58,313 bases of DNA from Candidatus Eiseniibacteriota bacterium (GTDB lineage: Bacteria > Orphanbacterota > Orphanbacteria > Orphanbacterales > Orphanbacteraceae), in the NCBI GenBank assembly GCA_043809585.1, contig JBDROZ010000082.1, positions 1 to 58,313 of the forward strand, in the 5' to 3' direction. Below the pieces are notes generated by a model, which saw only the letters and a list, made by a program, of their open reading frames with translations, did no database searches and was not told the origin of the DNA. This document shows, piece after piece, positions 28,635 to 37,928 of this stretch. Numbering within the stretch: the stretch's first letter is position 1; every line of letters begins with the position of its first letter. Both the position numbers and the translations under genes were made by a program.

Positions 28635-28689
28635 GATCTCTCTCCTGTGCCTCCCCCTACGGCCCCGGCGCGGGGTCCGGATCGGGCCA

Positions 28690-28820
28690 TTTCACTTCCG
28701 CCGCCGAAGACGACGCCGACTCCCCGGCCCGCGAGCTCCCGGCCGAGGGCCGCGGCCTCCGCCTTTCTCCCGTCCGTCGCCGCCATGCTCGACCCGGCGT
28801 ACACGCAGGTCCATTCCATG
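28690..28820 (-). pseudogene. LOG family (TIGR00730-like) N-terminal fragment
   Basis: MEWTCVYAGSS...AAALGRELAGRGVGVVFGGG matches the LOG N-terminus; similarity then stops. Confidence 0.6.
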
Positions 28821-28853
28821 TCGGAGACAAACCTCTCCGGACATCCCCCTCGA

Positions 28854-29306
28854 TCAGAGGAGAGGAATCGTCCACCGGTTCCGAACGACCCGCCGGAAAC
28901 CGCGCCGCTCGTACAGGCGCTCCGCCCGGGCGTGTTCCTCGTCCACCTCGAGATCGACGGCCCGGCATCCCGCCTCCCGGGCCGCGCCGAGCACCGCCTC
29001 CAGGAGCCTCTTCCCCACCCCTTCCGAGCGCCGCTCCGGGAGGACGTACATCTCTTCGAGCCAGGCGCACGGCCCGCCATGCTCGAGGGTCCAGTTCCGG
29101 GCGAGATAGGCGAAGCCGACCCCCTCCCCGGCGTCCCTCGCGATCAGGAAGAGGCCTCGCCCGGCGTCCGCGAAGGCGCCGTCCACCGCCCCCCCCGCGA
29201 CCGTCTCGTCGAAGGGGATCCGGTGCTCGGCGAATTGTCCCTCCAGAAGCCGGAGGATCTCCCCGCGGTCGCCCGCCGTCGCCGGTCCGATGACGACCTC
29301 CGCCAT
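28854..29306 (-). CDS. GNAT family N-acetyltransferase
   Basis: LEEMYVLPERRSEGVGKRLL, ARAERLYERRGF. Confidence 0.92.
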   Translation of the reverse strand: MAEVVIGPATAGDRGEILRLLEGQFAEHRIPFDETVAGGAVDGAFADAGRGLFLIARDAGEGVGFAYLARNWTLEHGGPCAWLEEMYVLPERRSEGVGKRLLEAVLGAAREAGCRAVDLEVDEEHARAERLYERRGFRRVVRNRWTIPLL

Positions 29307-29325
29307 CCCCTCTCTCCCCCGGCGG

Positions 29326-31491
29326 CTAGAGCCGGTTCAGATTTCCGCCGAGAATCGCCTTCATCTGGAACGGCTTGAAGCCCCCCCCGTCCCGGAGCGC
29401 CTCGATCCAGGGCCAGACCTCCTCCTCCGGTGACGCCGCGAGCCAGGGGACGAGGTCGACGTGCACCCGGTCCCACCCGAGGCGGCCGATCTCCGCGGCG
29501 ATCTCCCCGGCGTCCGTATGCCCTTCGAGGCTCGCCACGAAAAGCACGCCCTTCCGGGGGAACGATTCGGGATCGTCGATCCGCTCCCCCCGACCCGGGA
29601 AGAAGCGCACGTACGCCTTCCCCTCCGCCGGGAAGCGTTCGGGGTCCGCCTTCGCCGCCGGCACGAGGAGGGCCACCCCCTCGCCGGCGAGATCCTCGAG
29701 GTATTCCGTCTCTTCCGAGACCGGCTGCTCCCCGAGCCACCGCGTGAAGCTGACGTGCATGTCGCCGAGAAGGTGGACGTGGTCCTTCGACACGCGCCCC
29801 CCGTCCCCCTCCTCGAGCCCGAGAAGGACCGAGCGTTTTCCGCTGCGCGCCTCCGTCTGGACCTCGCCGAGGGAGTAGACGAGGGCGAGCGAGTCGCCGC
29901 CGGTCCGGATGCGGAGATCGCCGAGGGCGGCGATGAACGGCTCCCGGGGGAAATCGGCCGCGTCGAACCAGCGGACCCGTCCCCGGACGAACCGGGGAGC
30001 GCCCCCGTTCATCGTCATGCGCCCGTCGAAGTCGACCTGGTCCGATGCGTGGAGAAGGGTTCGCCCCGCCCTATGGTCGACGAGAAGGGGCGCCGGATGG
30101 TCCGCCAAGGTCCGGAGCCACCCTTCCGCCATCCGCCCCACCGATCCGAGCACCTCGGCGCTCACCCACTCCGTGTCGTCGTCCACGGAGTGGTAGAACC
30201 GGTGCTCCCCCTCGCTCCAGACGTTGAAGACCGGAATTCCCTTCCATCGGAAGGGGGCGTGGTCGCTCCCGTCCCCCCAGGGGCGGGCGATGCGAAGGCT
30301 GTCGGCCCGGGCGGTATCGAGGGAAGCGCGGAAGGAATCGAGCATCTCGTAGTACCCGTCGGCGCCGATCCCGACCTTGCCGTCGCCGTGGCCGCCCATG
30401 TCGAAGTTGACCATCGCCACCGCCGTCCCGAGGTCGAAGCTCGGTTCGTCGGCGAAGGCGATCGAGCCGAGGAGCCCCTGCTCCTCGCCGGCGAAGGTAA
30501 TGAAGACCATGGTCCGTTTCGGAGGGGGCCCCGCGGCGAAAGAGCGGGCGAGCTCCATGACGATCGACGTCCCCGATGCGTTGTCGTTCGCCCCGTTGTA
30601 GACCCGGCCGAACCCGTCCACTCCGACATGGTCCATATGGCCGCCGATGAGGACGATCTCTTCCCGGAGATCGGGATCGGCGCCGGGGACGCGCCCCGCC
30701 ACGTTCCTCGCACGGCCCTCCGGGACGGGGGCCACGTCGGCGCGGAACCGGAGCCGCCTCCCCGTCTCGAAGGGGACGGGCCCCTCTTTCAGCTCTGCTT
30801 TGTAGCGAGACCGGTCGGAACCGGTCCCCCGGAGAAGGTTCTCCACGACCCGGGCGGAGACGGACGCCATCGGCACACCGGGGAAGTACGACCCGCCGTG
30901 GATCGCCGCCCCCGCCACGGCCCGGTCCCCCCGGCTGAAGAGGACCCCCACCGCCCCGCGGCGGACCGCTTCGGTCACCGTCGAGTCCCGGGCACCCGCC
31001 TCTCCCCAGTCGTATCCGTTCTCCGGCGTCCCCCGATGGATCAGCACGATCCTGCCGGAGACGTCCGTGTCGCCGTAGTCGTTCCACTCCCGCCGCCCGT
31101 CGGCGAGACCGTGGCCGGCGAAGACCACCTCCGCCTCGATCTCGCCGCTCCCCGAATTAGTGAGGAGCGCGAAGTCGTCCCCGCAGAGGAACTCGACGGG
31201 TCCCAAGGGGCCCTCCACGAGGACGAGGGAGGCGCCCCGCTCCTCGGTAACGAGCATGGGAAGTTCGTGGAAGAACGTACCCCCGTCCCCCGCCGGCCGG
31301 AGGCCCCACTCGGCGAACCGGGCGGCCACGTACTCCTCCGTCATCCGCCCCCCTTCGAGCCCGCTCTTCCGTCCCCGAAAACCGTCGGCGGCGATCGCGT
31401 CCACGGTTCCTTTCGCCCGGACGCCGTCGAAGGCGGCCGCGGCGGCGGGAACGAGCAGGACCGCGATCAGGGGAGAGATTCGAAGGCTCAT
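29326..31491 (-). CDS. Secreted M28 peptidase with PA domain and C-terminal extension
   Basis: GGHMDH, GANDNASG, FAGEEQGLLGS, NFDM, SDHAPF, YHSVDD; PA domain VVFAGHG...DVSGRIVL. Confidence 0.9.
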   Translation of the reverse strand: MSLRISPLIAVLLVPAAAAAFDGVRAKGTVDAIAADGFRGRKSGLEGGRMTEEYVAARFAEWGLRPAGDGGTFFHELPMLVTEERGASLVLVEGPLGPVEFLCGDDFALLTNSGSGEIEAEVVFAGHGLADGRREWNDYGDTDVSGRIVLIHRGTPENGYDWGEAGARDSTVTEAVRRGAVGVLFSRGDRAVAGAAIHGGSYFPGVPMASVSARVVENLLRGTGSDRSRYKAELKEGPVPFETGRRLRFRADVAPVPEGRARNVAGRVPGADPDLREEIVLIGGHMDHVGVDGFGRVYNGANDNASGTSIVMELARSFAAGPPPKRTMVFITFAGEEQGLLGSIAFADEPSFDLGTAVAMVNFDMGGHGDGKVGIGADGYYEMLDSFRASLDTARADSLRIARPWGDGSDHAPFRWKGIPVFNVWSEGEHRFYHSVDDDTEWVSAEVLGSVGRMAEGWLRTLADHPAPLLVDHRAGRTLLHASDQVDFDGRMTMNGGAPRFVRGRVRWFDAADFPREPFIAALGDLRIRTGGDSLALVYSLGEVQTEARSGKRSVLLGLEEGDGGRVSKDHVHLLGDMHVSFTRWLGEQPVSEETEYLEDLAGEGVALLVPAAKADPERFPAEGKAYVRFFPGRGERIDDPESFPRKGVLFVASLEGHTDAGEIAAEIGRLGWDRVHVDLVPWLAASPEEEVWPWIEALRDGGGFKPFQMKAILGGNLNRL

Positions 31492-31623
31492 GTCCGCGAC
31501 TCCTTCGAGGAGGAAGAAGGGAAGCCAGTACGAATGTACCATACCGGGGAGGACGATCACGGGCAAAGACCGGAGGTCCGAACGGGGAGGGAGTGGGCGG
31601 CGAATGGGGTGAGACGGACCCGG

Positions 31624-31953
31624 TCAGATCCGGGCCCCGGTGATCGCGAGGAGGAGGACCGCGGCCGAGAAGAGGGCGGTCGGGACGCCCGGCATGAGGA
31701 CGACTCCGGCCGCCATCAGGCCGAGGAGCAGAACGTTTCCGACGGAGACGAGCACCCGGTTTCGCCGGGTCCGCTCCCCGGCGCTCCAGAGAATCATGTT
31801 GAGGATGCCGGTGGTGATCGCCGCGAGACCGGTTCCGGCGAACCAGATCGCCTCTTCCCCCGGCTCGCGGAAGAACACGAAGGTCGAAGCGGTATGGACG
31901 ACTCCGATCGCCGTGACGGCGAGGGTCGCCGCTATGTGGAGCGTGCGGATCAT
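31624..31953 (-). CDS. Small 4-TM membrane protein
   Basis: MIRTLHIAATLAVTAIGVVH...; four hydrophobic segments. Confidence 0.65.
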   Translation of the reverse strand: MIRTLHIAATLAVTAIGVVHTASTFVFFREPGEEAIWFAGTGLAAITTGILNMILWSAGERTRRNRVLVSVGNVLLLGLMAAGVVLMPGVPTALFSAAVLLLAITGARI

Positions 31954-31988
31954 GATCGTCGACTCCCGCCGCGGTGCCGGCCGCTCCC

Positions 31989-32555
31989 CTATTCTTCCCC
32001 CTCCAGGATGACCCCCTCCCGGAGACGATAGAGCTTTCCGCACCTGCACGGCACGCCGGGCGTCATCTTCAGGCCGCACTCGCAGACGTACCCCCGCATG
32101 CGGGCGGGATTGCCGATGACGAGGGCGTGGTCGGGGACGTCCCGGGTGACCACGGCACCGGCGCCGATCATGGCGTTCCGGCCGATGGTGACGCCGCAGA
32201 CGATGGTGGCGTTCGCCCCCACCGATGCACCTTCCTTGATGCGGGTCGGCAGGAAGGCCTCGGGGCCCTTCTTGAACTTGCAGCGGGGCAGGAGGTCGTT
32301 CGTGAGCACCGCGTTCGGGCCGAGGAAGACGTAATCCTCGAGGACCACTTTGTCCCAGACCGACACGCCGTTCTTGATGGTGCAGTGGTTCCCGAGGACG
32401 GCCCCCGACTCGACGAAGCTGGTCTCGCCGATGTTGCAATCCTCGCCGACCACGGCCCCCTTCATCACGTGGGCGTAGGCCCATACGCGGGTTCCCTTGC
32501 CGACCTGGTCCGATTCGCAGAGGCCTTTCTCGTGAACGAAGACGTCGTCCGCCAT
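31989..32555 (-). CDS. Hexapeptide-repeat sugar N-acetyltransferase (WbpD-like)
   Basis: GTRVW, LTNDLLPR, GANATIVCG, GAGAVVTRDVP, GNPAR, C-terminal CxC motifs. Confidence 0.9.
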   Translation of the reverse strand: MADDVFVHEKGLCESDQVGKGTRVWAYAHVMKGAVVGEDCNIGETSFVESGAVLGNHCTIKNGVSVWDKVVLEDYVFLGPNAVLTNDLLPRCKFKKGPEAFLPTRIKEGASVGANATIVCGVTIGRNAMIGAGAVVTRDVPDHALVIGNPARMRGYVCECGLKMTPGVPCRCGKLYRLREGVILEGEE

Positions 32556-32650
32556 GAATGGTCACTCCCGCTGATGGATGGGTGATCGTACTCCGGACTA
32601 GCGGGGAGTCTATCCCACCCGCCGCGCCGGGCCAAGAACAGAATGGGCCC

Positions 32651-34561
32651 TTACTTTTCGATGTAGCCGAGGGCCTTCAGCTCTTCCAGCGTTTCATCGT
32701 CGAGGGCGCCCCGGATCTCGGGGCCCTTCCCCTCGTGGAGCCGGATCCACGCCTCGATCTCGGCCCGCATCGCCGCCGCCCGCCCCGGCTCCTCGGCGAG
32801 GAGGTCGGCGCGCTCCGCCGGGTCCTTCTCGAGATTGAAGAGCATGTGCGGCTCGTCGGGGGACCAGACGTACTTCCAATCGTCCCGGACGAGAGCCCGG
32901 CGGTCCGGCCCGAAGACCACCGCTTCGGCGATCCCCGCCCGGTCCTCCCGCTCCTCGCCGGTGAAGAAGGGCGCGAGGGAGGCCCCCTCCATCTGCCGGG
33001 GGGTGTCGATGCCCGCGAGACACAGGAGCGTCGGCGCGAGATCGATGGCGCGCACCGAATGGGGGAAGATCCCGCCGGCCGGCACCCCGGGCCCCCGGAA
33101 AACGAGAAGAAGGCGGAGTTGCTCGTCGAAGAGCGTGTGACCATGGCCGACCCCGTAGAGACCCCGGGGATCCCGGTAAGCCGCGGCCTGCTGCGCCGCG
33201 TGGTCCCAGAACTCCTCGCCATGGTCGGTCACGACGGCCACCACCGTCCTCTCGTCCAGGCCTCGATCCTCGAGCCGGGCGAGGACGCGGCCGATCTGGT
33301 CGTCCATGTACCGGATGCAGCCGTCGTAGACGGCGATCTTATGCTCCCGAAACTGCTCGAACTCCTCCCCCTCGAGACCGGCGCCGTCCGTGAATCGCCA
33401 CTCCCAGATCTCCTCGTTCGAGTGGGGCCGGCCCGTGGAGGTCGGGAAGATCCGGTCGTACGGGGCGGGGGGGCGGTTCGGGATGTGGGCGTCGTTGAAG
33501 TGGAGGAAAGCGAAGAAAGGACGGTCTTCGACCCGCTCCAGTTCATCGAGGAAGGCGTCCGTCGTCTCCCCGGCGGGGCGAATCTGCACGCGCCACGAGT
33601 CGTACCCCTGCTGGAGGCCGAATCGGAGGTAGGTGTTCGTCGCCTCGCAGAGCGTGGCGTATCCCCGGTCCTTGAAGATCTCGGCCAGCGTCGCCCGGCT
33701 CTTCGGAAGATAGGGGACGTAGTCCCGGGAAAGGCGGCGGACCTCGGTCCCGATGTAAGCGCCGTGGGTCGACGGGTAGAGGCCGGTCATGAGGGACGCG
33801 AAGGAGGAAAGCGTCCAGGGCGCCTGGGAGAGGGTGCGGACGAAGAGGGACCCGTCGGAAGCGAGGCGCGTGAGGGCGGGGGCGGTCTCCCGCGGGTATC
33901 CGGCGAGAGTGAGATGGTCGTTCCGGGTCGTGTCGAGGGCGATGACGAGGACGTTCACGGCCCCCCGGGGCGCCCCGCCGGCGAGAAGACCGGCGGCGAA
34001 GGCGGCGAGCGGCCCGATGAGGGCGGCCGAAGCGAGGCGTCCGGGGACGCGAATCCCCCGGCCCTCGCCGCCGGGGAGAACCAGGGGCCGGGCGATCCGG
34101 CGGAGAACCAGGACGGCGATGATGACGGCCCCCGCGAGGCAGGCGTTGCCGAGGATCACCGATCCCGAGTCCTCCCAAGGCACCGAGCGGGTGTTCCGCA
34201 CCTCTTTCCAGAATCCGGTAAAACCGTACCGGTTGATCCGGAACGCGAAGTGGAGCCAAGCGCCGAGCCCCGCGGCCCCGACGGCGATGCCGACGGACCG
34301 GGCCCTCCGCCGGACGGGGAGGGCGCGGGCGGCGGCGAGAAGAACGAGCCAGAGAAGGGCGGAGGCGAGGAAAGCCGGAGCGACGGACCGGTAGATCCCG
34401 GCTCCGGCCCCGAAGAGGAGCCGCCACTCTCCGTGGGCGGCGTATCCGTGGCGCGCCACCTCGACGGACCAGAGAACGAGCCCCGCGAGGGCCCACGCGA
34501 AGACCGCCGGGACGAGCCAACGGATCCAAACGGGCGCCGATCGTTCCTTCACTCCGTTCAC
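32651..34561 (-). CDS. Membrane-anchored sulfatase-like protein
   Basis: NVLVIALDTTRNDH, WTLSSFASLMTG, DAHIP, YDGCI, TDHGEEF, LKALGY; N-terminal TMs. Confidence 0.88.
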   Translation of the reverse strand: MNGVKERSAPVWIRWLVPAVFAWALAGLVLWSVEVARHGYAAHGEWRLLFGAGAGIYRSVAPAFLASALLWLVLLAAARALPVRRRARSVGIAVGAAGLGAWLHFAFRINRYGFTGFWKEVRNTRSVPWEDSGSVILGNACLAGAVIIAVLVLRRIARPLVLPGGEGRGIRVPGRLASAALIGPLAAFAAGLLAGGAPRGAVNVLVIALDTTRNDHLTLAGYPRETAPALTRLASDGSLFVRTLSQAPWTLSSFASLMTGLYPSTHGAYIGTEVRRLSRDYVPYLPKSRATLAEIFKDRGYATLCEATNTYLRFGLQQGYDSWRVQIRPAGETTDAFLDELERVEDRPFFAFLHFNDAHIPNRPPAPYDRIFPTSTGRPHSNEEIWEWRFTDGAGLEGEEFEQFREHKIAVYDGCIRYMDDQIGRVLARLEDRGLDERTVVAVVTDHGEEFWDHAAQQAAAYRDPRGLYGVGHGHTLFDEQLRLLLVFRGPGVPAGGIFPHSVRAIDLAPTLLCLAGIDTPRQMEGASLAPFFTGEEREDRAGIAEAVVFGPDRRALVRDDWKYVWSPDEPHMLFNLEKDPAERADLLAEEPGRAAAMRAEIEAWIRLHEGKGPEIRGALDDETLEELKALGYIEK

Positions 34562-34757
34562 GCCGCCATGCTAGCAGGGAACGGGGAGAGGGGGAACCCC
34601 CGAGAGGGCTCCCTCCCGATCGGACCTAACGAGACCCGCCGAGGAGACGTTCGTCCCCTTCTTCCAGGCCGCGGACCGGTTCGAAGGGCGCTCCCACGTC
34701 CCCACCTTCCTCTCCGGCATCCTCTACGACAAGATCATCGAGGCCCGGCGGTGGAGC

Positions 34758-35066
34758 TTACGGTTTTCCCTCGAGCTTCGATTCGACGCTCCTCACCTTG
34801 TCGAGCATGGTCTGGGGCCGGTCGGTGCGGGTCCCGGCTTTGACGACCGTCGACACCCGGGGGGCGCCCATCTCGTGGACCACCTCGTGGCATCGTTTGA
34901 TGGCGGCGAACACATCGTCCCACTCCCCTTCCACGTTCGTCCCGTAGGCGTGGAGGTGGTGGGAGAGTCCCGCCGCCTCGAGCACCCGGTGGCAGGCGGC
35001 GACGTACTTCGAGACCGACACGCCGACGCCGAGAGGAACGACGCTGAAATCGGCGATCACATGCAT
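34758..35066 (-). CDS. MTH1187/YqgV family thiamine-binding protein
   Basis: FSVVPLGVGVSVSKYVA, HAYGTNVEGEWD, GAPRV, RTDR. Confidence 0.92.
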   Translation of the reverse strand: MHVIADFSVVPLGVGVSVSKYVAACHRVLEAAGLSHHLHAYGTNVEGEWDDVFAAIKRCHEVVHEMGAPRVSTVVKAGTRTDRPQTMLDKVRSVESKLEGKP

Positions 35067-35241
35067 GGCGTACCTCCGTTTCCCGGCGACTCCGCCGGAA
35101 TCCTTCCACGACCCCGAGGATCACACGGGCGGGGAACGCCGGGGCGCCGCCGAATCTCCTCGGCGAAGCGAAGGACGGCGCCGGCGCGAATCCCGACCCG
35201 TCCCGTCCGGCCTTCGCGTTCATTCCTCGTGAAACCCTCCG

Positions 35242-35784
35242 CTATTGACGGACTCGGAGGCCCGGCACGTCGGGGTCGTCGGGCGACAATTCCTGAAAGC
35301 GGGCGAGCCGCTCCTCTCCGTCCTTGCTTGTTTGCATGACGAAGCGAAGCTGCCGGGCGCTAAGGCCCCCTTCCCCCTCCGGCCGGACCACGAAGAGGTT
35401 GCCCATGCGCAGATCGAACACGTCCCCCCCTCCCTGAAGTTCCCATCCTTCGACGAGATTAAGGGATCCTTGGAATGGGGCCGGCCCGCCGCGCAAGTCG
35501 AACTCGAGGGTCATCCGATCGGGCGTACCGCCCCAACGGAAGCCGTGGGAGGATCCTTCGTCGTCCGGAACGCCGGGCTGCAAGATCAGGAGATGAAAGA
35601 TGTCGCGCTCTTCCGACCAGGATCCGCTTTGCTCCCGGACCGCGCCGCGGGCGGTGAAGATCAGGCCGCCGTCGAGGGCGATGGTCTCGCTGCCCGCGTT
35701 CCGATAGGGACTCGACTCTCCGCAGGCGAGGGACACGAGGAGCGCCCCCAGGATCGCCGCCCTGCTCCCATTCACTTGTCTCAT
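35242..35784 (-). CDS. Hypothetical lipoprotein
   Basis: Lipobox SLAC after a hydrophobic leader. Confidence 0.6.
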   Translation of the reverse strand: MRQVNGSRAAILGALLVSLACGESSPYRNAGSETIALDGGLIFTARGAVREQSGSWSEERDIFHLLILQPGVPDDEGSSHGFRWGGTPDRMTLEFDLRGGPAPFQGSLNLVEGWELQGGGDVFDLRMGNLFVVRPEGEGGLSARQLRFVMQTSKDGEERLARFQELSPDDPDVPGLRVRQ

Positions 35785-35948
35785 CCTGTTCCCCCCCGCC
35801 GGCACGGCCGAGGGTTCGGCTCCGCTCCGGCACCCCTATCGTAACACCATGAGGGGTCGATCGCGAACCGCGGCGGCCGAACCCGCCTTGACCCGGCTCC
35901 CTCCGGCGGGTAGCCTGGACGGATCCCGGCCCCCCCGAGGAGCACCCC

Positions 35949-37841
35949 ATGAGCCGAGACGGGTTCGCGCCCTACATCCCCGCCGAGAAGAGGATCCCCG
36001 AAGCGACGGTCCGGGCGATCGCGCTCGGACTTCTTCTCGGCCTCGTCATGACCGCGGCGAACACTTACCTCGGTCTCTACGCGGGCATGACCGTGTCGGC
36101 GTCGATCCCCGCGGCGGTGATCTCCATGGGCATTCTCCGGGGAATTCTCCGCCGGGGAACGATCCTCGAAAACAACATCGTGCAAACCGTCGCCTCGGCG
36201 GGCGAGTCACTCGCCGCGGGGATCATCTTCACCGTGCCGGCCCTGGTGCTGACCGGGGCATGGCACGGCTTCCGCTACTGGCCGGTCACGCTGATCGCCG
36301 CCCTCGGCGGGCTCCTCGGCGTCCTCTTCATGATCCCCCTTCGCCGGGCCCTCATCGTCGAGGAGAAGGAGCTGATCTATCCGGAAGGGCTCGCCTGCGC
36401 GGAGGTGCTCGTGGCGGGCGAGAAGGGGGGCTCGGGGATGGCGACGGTCTTCTCCGCCATGGGCGCGGGCGCTCTCTTCAAGATGCTCGTCGGCGGGTTC
36501 TCCCTCGTCCGGGGGACGGTGGAGGGGGCGGTGCAGGCGGGGCGCACGCTCCTCTACTTCGGGAGCGACATGTCCCCCGCCCTCCTCGGCGTCGGCTTCA
36601 TCGTCGGGCCGAACGTGGCGGCCCTCGTGTTTCTCGGCGGCGCCATCGGATGGCTGATCGCGATTCCGATCGAGGCGGCGCTGCACGGGATTCCCGCGGG
36701 GGTCGGTCTCGCGGAGCACGCGAACGATCTCTGGGACAAGCAGATCAGGTTCATGGGCGTGGGCGCCATGATCGTGGGCGGGCTCTGGTCGATCGTGGGC
36801 GTGCGGAAGGGGATCGTGCAGGGGCTCCGGGGGAGCGTCGGCGGTGAGGCGGGAGCCGCGGGAGTGGAGGAGGATCGCCTCTCCCGGAACATCCCGGCGA
36901 AGCAGATCGGGCTGCTCCTCGCACTCACCCTCCCCTTCCTCTTCGGCCTCTACGTGCGCCTTGCCGGAAGTCTCTCGGTGGGACTTCTCGCCGGCGTCGT
37001 GATGGCGGTCTCGTCGTTCTTTTTCGTGGCGGTGTCGAGCTACATCGTGGGGCTCGTGGGGAGTTCGAACAACCCGGTGTCGGGGATGACGATCTGCACC
37101 GTGCTCTTCGCGTCCCTCGTGATGCTGCTCTTCGGGATGAGCGGCACCGCGGGGATCATTGCGGTCCTCGGCATCGCCGGCGTGACCTGCTGCGCCGTCT
37201 GCACCGCGGGCGACGTGTCCCAGGACCTCAAGACCGGGTACATCCTCGGGGCGACGCCCCGGAAACAGCAGTGGAGCCAGGTGGCCGGGGTCATCCTGCC
37301 GGCGTTCATCATCGCGCCGATCCTGACGGTGCTCCACACGGCGTACGGCATCGGGGACGGGCTCCGGGCGCCCCAGGCGACGCTCTTCGCGAGCCTGACG
37401 GAGACCCTCTTCCGGGGGGGCGAAATGCCGTGGGGGATGATCAGCGCGGGGGCGGCGATCGGCGTGGGGATCATCGCCGTCGATCTTCTCCTGAAAGCCC
37501 GGGGGGCGGCCTTCCGGGCGCACATCATGCCCGTGGCGGTCGGCATCTACCTTCCCCTCTCCCTCTCGACGCCGATCCTGCTCGGCGGGATGGTGAGCTG
37601 GTTCGTGGGGCGGGCCCTCTCGGGGCGGGAAGAGGGGGCGCGGACCCGGGTTCAGAACCGGGGTCTCCTCTTCTCGTCCGGCCTCGTGGCCGGGGAGGCG
37701 GTGACGGGCGTGATTCTCGCGGCGCTCATCTTCTTCGGCCTCGACCTGCCGGTCACCCTGTTCGACTCGGGAGCCCTCTCGATCCTCCTCTTCGGGGGGG
37801 TGGTCCTCCTCCTCGGGGGCGTGGCGCGGCGCGCGGCCTGA
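35949..37841 (+). CDS. OPT family oligopeptide transporter
   Basis: YLGLYAGMTVSASIPAAV, ENNIVQT, YPEG, GSSNNPVSG, QDLKTG, APQA. Confidence 0.95.
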   Translation: MSRDGFAPYIPAEKRIPEATVRAIALGLLLGLVMTAANTYLGLYAGMTVSASIPAAVISMGILRGILRRGTILENNIVQTVASAGESLAAGIIFTVPALVLTGAWHGFRYWPVTLIAALGGLLGVLFMIPLRRALIVEEKELIYPEGLACAEVLVAGEKGGSGMATVFSAMGAGALFKMLVGGFSLVRGTVEGAVQAGRTLLYFGSDMSPALLGVGFIVGPNVAALVFLGGAIGWLIAIPIEAALHGIPAGVGLAEHANDLWDKQIRFMGVGAMIVGGLWSIVGVRKGIVQGLRGSVGGEAGAAGVEEDRLSRNIPAKQIGLLLALTLPFLFGLYVRLAGSLSVGLLAGVVMAVSSFFFVAVSSYIVGLVGSSNNPVSGMTICTVLFASLVMLLFGMSGTAGIIAVLGIAGVTCCAVCTAGDVSQDLKTGYILGATPRKQQWSQVAGVILPAFIIAPILTVLHTAYGIGDGLRAPQATLFASLTETLFRGGEMPWGMISAGAAIGVGIIAVDLLLKARGAAFRAHIMPVAVGIYLPLSLSTPILLGGMVSWFVGRALSGREEGARTRVQNRGLLFSSGLVAGEAVTGVILAALIFFGLDLPVTLFDSGALSILLFGGVVLLLGGVARRAA

Positions 37842-37928
37842 TCATCACCATCCCCCCGAGGCCCCTTGTCCCCCGGCCGGCCTCCCGGTATGCTCTCCCC
37901 GATCGTGGAGCGAATGCGTGAATCGAAC

